Position numbers and translations under genes: made by a program
Shown here: positions 59,270 to 62,807 of the stretch, piece by piece
How positions within the stretch are numbered: position 1 is the first letter of the stretch
Layout of the letters: the number at the start of each line of letters is the position of its first letter
Assembly: GCA_029856105.1 (NCBI GenBank)
Contig: JAHQWH010000011.1
Coordinates: 1 to 62,807 of the forward strand
Length of the DNA stretch: 62,807 nt
Source: Promethearchaeia archaeon
Lineage (GTDB): Archaea; Asgardarchaeota; Lokiarchaeia; Sigyniarchaeales; SOKP01
Direction of reading: 5' to 3'
The notes under the pieces: model-generated
The model's input: the letters and a program-made list of their open reading frames with translations, nothing else
Databases searched by the model: none
Told to the model about the DNA's origin: nothing

Positions 59270-60454
59270 TTACAGGTTTATTGGATAGTTACCAAACTCT
59301 TTCGTTGCTTCAACCATCCAACGCAAATTGTCAACTTTTACCGTAGGGTGCATGTTAGCTGCGCTGACTATATAACCGCCACCAGGTCCAGCAGTTTTAA
59401 TTGCGTGTTTAACTGCGGCAAAGACCTCGTCCTTTGTCCCATAAGTAAGATCGTGCGCGACATCTATGTTTCCAAAAAGACACAATTTATCACCAACTTT
59501 TTTCTTCACGAGAGCTAGATCGACACCTGCCGTGGGTTCAAGACTATGCAAGCCATCGAAACCGCAATCTACAACGAAATCTAACAACGGGGTAACCTGA
59601 CCGTCAGTATGTAACACTATTTTCTTTCCCCGCTCATGAACCGTATCAGTAATCGTTTTATATGCGGGAAGTAGTAATTCGTTAAACTTTTTTGGACTCA
59701 TCATCGGACCGGTTTTGTAAGCTAAATCTCCCGATTCTATAAATAATTCAGCTCCAACATCCATATACGCGCTATAACAGGCAGCAGTAAATTCAGCTAT
59801 AACTTCGTGAACTTCTTTGATAAATTTAGGATTTTTATGAAGCATCCGCGAGTAATAAGTTAAACCCATGCCTTGCGTAGCGCTTTCAAATACGCCCGCT
59901 AAGTCGTTGGTGACGGCAACAAATATTTTATCTTTATGCTTCTTATTTATCCGGCGGTAGAATTTTTTAGCCATCTTGGTGTATTTCTCAGTCATAGGAC
60001 CTTCTATGTTTTCTTTAGTCTCTTCCCATTTCTCAGGAGAATTCATAGTACCATATAAATAGTAAGGATTGAAATTGCCCTCGTTATTTCGCGCTTCCCA
60101 TACGCGTCCAAAAATATCGTTCATCAAAAGACGGTCGTCGTTCGGATCATCAAAAAAATAAAAAGGTAATATACCTACTTGCATACAGTCAAGCCCAATT
60201 GCCACAGCTGCTTCTACACAACGGGAAAAAACGCTCGTTTCTACGCTTTCTACTAGTTTACTCAACTCTTCTATCCATCCATCAGGGTTATCTCGCTGTA
60301 TCTGTTCTACAGTGTCAAAATCGGTAATTTGCGGTTTTCCTAATATTATATCTACGTTATTCGCATCGATAAGAATGGTGTGGCACGGAACTCTGTCTGG
60401 TTCTTCCAGATTTAAGGTCGTTAGAACTCTTTCTCTACAATCCATTTTTCTCAT
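59270..60454 (-). CDS. URO-D/MtaA-CmuA family protein (corrinoid methyltransferase-like)
   Basis: RERVLTTLNLEEPDRVP, DLAYKTGPMMSP, HTDG, GLHSLEP, GNID, GGGYIVS. Confidence 0.88.
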   Translation of the reverse strand: MRKMDCRERVLTTLNLEEPDRVPCHTILIDANNVDIILGKPQITDFDTVEQIQRDNPDGWIEELSKLVESVETSVFSRCVEAAVAIGLDCMQVGILPFYFFDDPNDDRLLMNDIFGRVWEARNNEGNFNPYYLYGTMNSPEKWEETKENIEGPMTEKYTKMAKKFYRRINKKHKDKIFVAVTNDLAGVFESATQGMGLTYYSRMLHKNPKFIKEVHEVIAEFTAACYSAYMDVGAELFIESGDLAYKTGPMMSPKKFNELLLPAYKTITDTVHERGKKIVLHTDGQVTPLLDFVVDCGFDGLHSLEPTAGVDLALVKKKVGDKLCLFGNIDVAHDLTYGTKDEVFAAVKHAIKTAGPGGGYIVSAANMHPTVKVDNLRWMVEATKEFGNYPINL

Positions 60455-60501
60455 TAAATTGTTTTTTAATATTATTAAATAAGATAATTGGATTCTTTTT
60501 T

Positions 60502-60583
60502 AAAAATTTAATTAGAAATATAAAAATACTAAGACTTTGTGGCAAATAAAAAGAATAATTAGGTAATAGAAATAGGATAAGTT
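60502..60583 (+). repeat. ~82-bp diverged direct repeat flanking the LLM gene (second copy 61540-61621), including the last codons of the URO-D gene
   Basis: aaaaatttaattagaaat.taaaaatact..actttgtggcaaata..ttag.taatagaaataggataagtt in both copies. Confidence 0.85.
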
Positions 60584-60682
60584 TGCAATAGAAAAAGATT
60601 TTAATTTTGTTATTCTTTTAAACTGATACACTTTACAATATTTTTCTATACAATAAAAATAACAACTATTTAGAGGATTCTA

Positions 60683-61522
60683 ATGAAATATGGATTTGTT
60701 TTTCCACATGCTGATGTTCTTAAAGCTATTGAATTTGCTAAGGTCGCTGAAGAAGCAGGGTGGGATGCTTTTTTTGTTTGGGAACCGACTTATGGTATTG
60801 ATGCTTGGGTCACATTGGCAGCTATAGCTGTACAAACAGAAAGAATACGTCTTGGAACCTTACTCAGTCCAGTATCAAGAATGCGCCCTTGGAAATTAGG
60901 TAGTGAAGCAATTACTCTTGATATTTTATCAAATGGTCGAATAAATCTTTGTGTTGGCTTAGGTGCTGTAGATACTGGTTTTGAAGTATTTGGGGAAGAA
61001 ATTGATCGAAAAACTCGCGCACAGTTACTGGATGAAGGATTAGATATTATGAATGGATTGTGGAATAGAGAGCTGTCAAATTATAATGGTAAGCATTATC
61101 AAATAAAGAACCTAAAAGAATGTGCTTTTTTCAAAAGACATCCTCAACCAAATTTAATTCAGCATCCAAGAATACCAATATGGGTTGTAGGTGCATGGCC
61201 ATGGAAAAAATCCATGCAGAGAGTATTAAAATGTGATGGAATTATTCCGACAATAAAGAACAAACAAGGTAAATTTGAAAAAATAACACCAGAACATATT
61301 TTTGAAATTAAAAACTTCATTGAAGAACATCGCTCGTTAAAAACCCCATTTGACATAATAATAGAAGGTGAGACTCCCGGAAATGACTCAGAGCTAGCCA
61401 GTTCTATTGTTAGACCCTTTGCTGAAGCAGGAGCGACATGGTGGATTGAATCAATTTGGGCATCACCAGATCTTAATCAATTACTTAATCGAGTTAAACA
61501 AGGACCTCCCTCTTTAGAATAA
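60683..61522 (+). CDS. LLM-class (luciferase-like) flavin/F420-dependent oxidoreductase
   Basis: AEEAGWDAFFVW, DAWVTLAAIAVQTERIRLGT, LDILSNGR, PRIPIWV. Confidence 0.9.
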   Translation: MKYGFVFPHADVLKAIEFAKVAEEAGWDAFFVWEPTYGIDAWVTLAAIAVQTERIRLGTLLSPVSRMRPWKLGSEAITLDILSNGRINLCVGLGAVDTGFEVFGEEIDRKTRAQLLDEGLDIMNGLWNRELSNYNGKHYQIKNLKECAFFKRHPQPNLIQHPRIPIWVVGAWPWKKSMQRVLKCDGIIPTIKNKQGKFEKITPEHIFEIKNFIEEHRSLKTPFDIIIEGETPGNDSELASSIVRPFAEAGATWWIESIWASPDLNQLLNRVKQGPPSLE

Positions 61523-61596
61523 TAATTTTTAATTTTTAAAAAAATTTAATTAGAAATTTAAAAATACTGATACTTTGTGGCAAATATAATAAATAG

Positions 61597-62793
61597 TTAG
61601 TTAATAGAAATAGGATAAGTTCCATATTTTTTTAATGTATCGTGCATCGCTAAATAGTTTTCTAATTTAACAGAAGGATTAATGCTATGTCCAGAACTTA
61701 GGATAAAACCCCCTCCTGGAGCAAGCTTTTTGATAAGGCTTTTAGTGTAATTCTCTATATAAGATTGATCTTTATCGGCGAGATCTTGAGGAGAAACATT
61801 TCCGATAAATGTAACTTTACCTGAATATTTTTCATTAAGTTTGAAAATGTCGTATTCAGGATTTGCAGTTGTCGGTTCGAAAGGATGAAAGGCATCAATT
61901 CCAACTCCAATAAGATCTTCAAATAATTCTATAACGTCTCCACAGCTGTGTAACATCACTTTTAAACCTTCTTTATGTGCAACTTTACAACTTTCTTTTA
62001 ACCAAGGAAGTACGTAAGTTCTATAGTTTTTAGGACTCATTAATAAACCCGATTTATATCCATAATCATCCATTATCATTATCGCATCGGTTTCTCCCCA
62101 TTCGATAAAAGTTTTAACTAAATCTACAAGAAATTTACCAAATCTATCAAAAACAACCTTGATCTTCTTTGGATCGGCTAATAGTTTACTAAAAGTTGAA
62201 AATCCGAAAACTTGCCAGGAAGGCTCAAATAAACCCCATATAGCAGGAATAATAGAGATTTTTCCTTGAGACTCTTTTTCTGTTTTTTTCATTGCTTTAA
62301 AATATTTTTCTCTTCGGGGGGTGTTAACCTCTAAGGGCGGAAACGATTCAAATTCTTCAAAACTTTTAAATGCTCCACCCTTATAATATGCGATATCCAT
62401 ACCATCTGAATGGTTTTTTCTCAAATCGAAAACTCTTCCAAATTCGTCAGTAAAACGCGTTCTATCACAGCTTATAGGAAAAAGGATATAACCATCAAAT
62501 GGAAAAATTGCTAGGTCGATTCCAAGCTTTTTATACAAATTTACATGCTTATTCATAGTAGTTTTCATATACGATCTTGTTTCCGTAGCCATAAGAATAG
62601 TTTTAGTTAAAGCGTCTTTATCTCCTTGACTTAAATCGTAAGTGTTATTAAAACTTTTTACCATTCCTTGGAATACATATTCCTCGTTAAAGTGTTTACA
62701 TACTTTGAAATTATCTATGGACATCTCAAAAGAGGGGACTTTGTCAGGTTCTTCAAAATTTAAAACCTTACGTATTCTTTCTCTACTATTCAT
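61597..62793 (-). CDS. URO-D/MtaA-CmuA family protein
   Basis: SRERIRKVLNFEEPDKVP, DDYGYKSGLLMSP, HSCG, FHPFEP, GGGFILSSGHSI. Confidence 0.88.
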   Translation of the reverse strand: MNSRERIRKVLNFEEPDKVPSFEMSIDNFKVCKHFNEEYVFQGMVKSFNNTYDLSQGDKDALTKTILMATETRSYMKTTMNKHVNLYKKLGIDLAIFPFDGYILFPISCDRTRFTDEFGRVFDLRKNHSDGMDIAYYKGGAFKSFEEFESFPPLEVNTPRREKYFKAMKKTEKESQGKISIIPAIWGLFEPSWQVFGFSTFSKLLADPKKIKVVFDRFGKFLVDLVKTFIEWGETDAIMIMDDYGYKSGLLMSPKNYRTYVLPWLKESCKVAHKEGLKVMLHSCGDVIELFEDLIGVGIDAFHPFEPTTANPEYDIFKLNEKYSGKVTFIGNVSPQDLADKDQSYIENYTKSLIKKLAPGGGFILSSGHSINPSVKLENYLAMHDTLKKYGTYPISIN

Positions 62794-62807
62794 AATAATT
62801 CTCCTTT

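Overview
AT-rich archaeal chromosomal window, most likely Asgard (Lokiarchaeia/Promethearchaeota). This assignment is an inference from Loki-CTERM-like anchors, a longin-like protein, GGTGA Shine-Dalgarno sites and Sec-recoded hdrA/mvhD with a eukaryote-like SECIS. There are about 45 metabolic, transport and surface-protein genes; I saw no rRNA, tRNA, CRISPR, transposase or integrase. Highlights: (1) A selenoprotein operon that the ORF track fragments or misses: hdrA (32018-33979, 3 in-frame UGA), mvhD (33993-34427, 2 UGA) and one AUGA/AAA/GA SECIS hairpin (34428-34500). (2) A ~17 kb redox cluster with unusual fusions: NfnA plus FrhB-NfnB; a TraB-like domain fused to MtdB with an upstream paralog; HdrC/CCG with an inserted GltD module; AOR; HdrA-MvhD-FdhB-like-polyferredoxin. 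(3) Single accessory genes repeatedly bracketed by diverged direct repeats, often containing the 3' end of the neighbouring gene with mostly synonymous changes, which suggests a recurring gene-acquisition mechanism. (4) Two tandem ~270-bp segments bounded by inverted CTTG-N6-CAAG sites, upstream of an LCIB-type carbonic anhydrase. (5) A GC-rich 75-bp-repeat BspA/DUF285 surface protein. (6) Several probable non-canonical start codons (CTG, ATC, ATT). All family calls are from motif recognition by eye; no searches were run.
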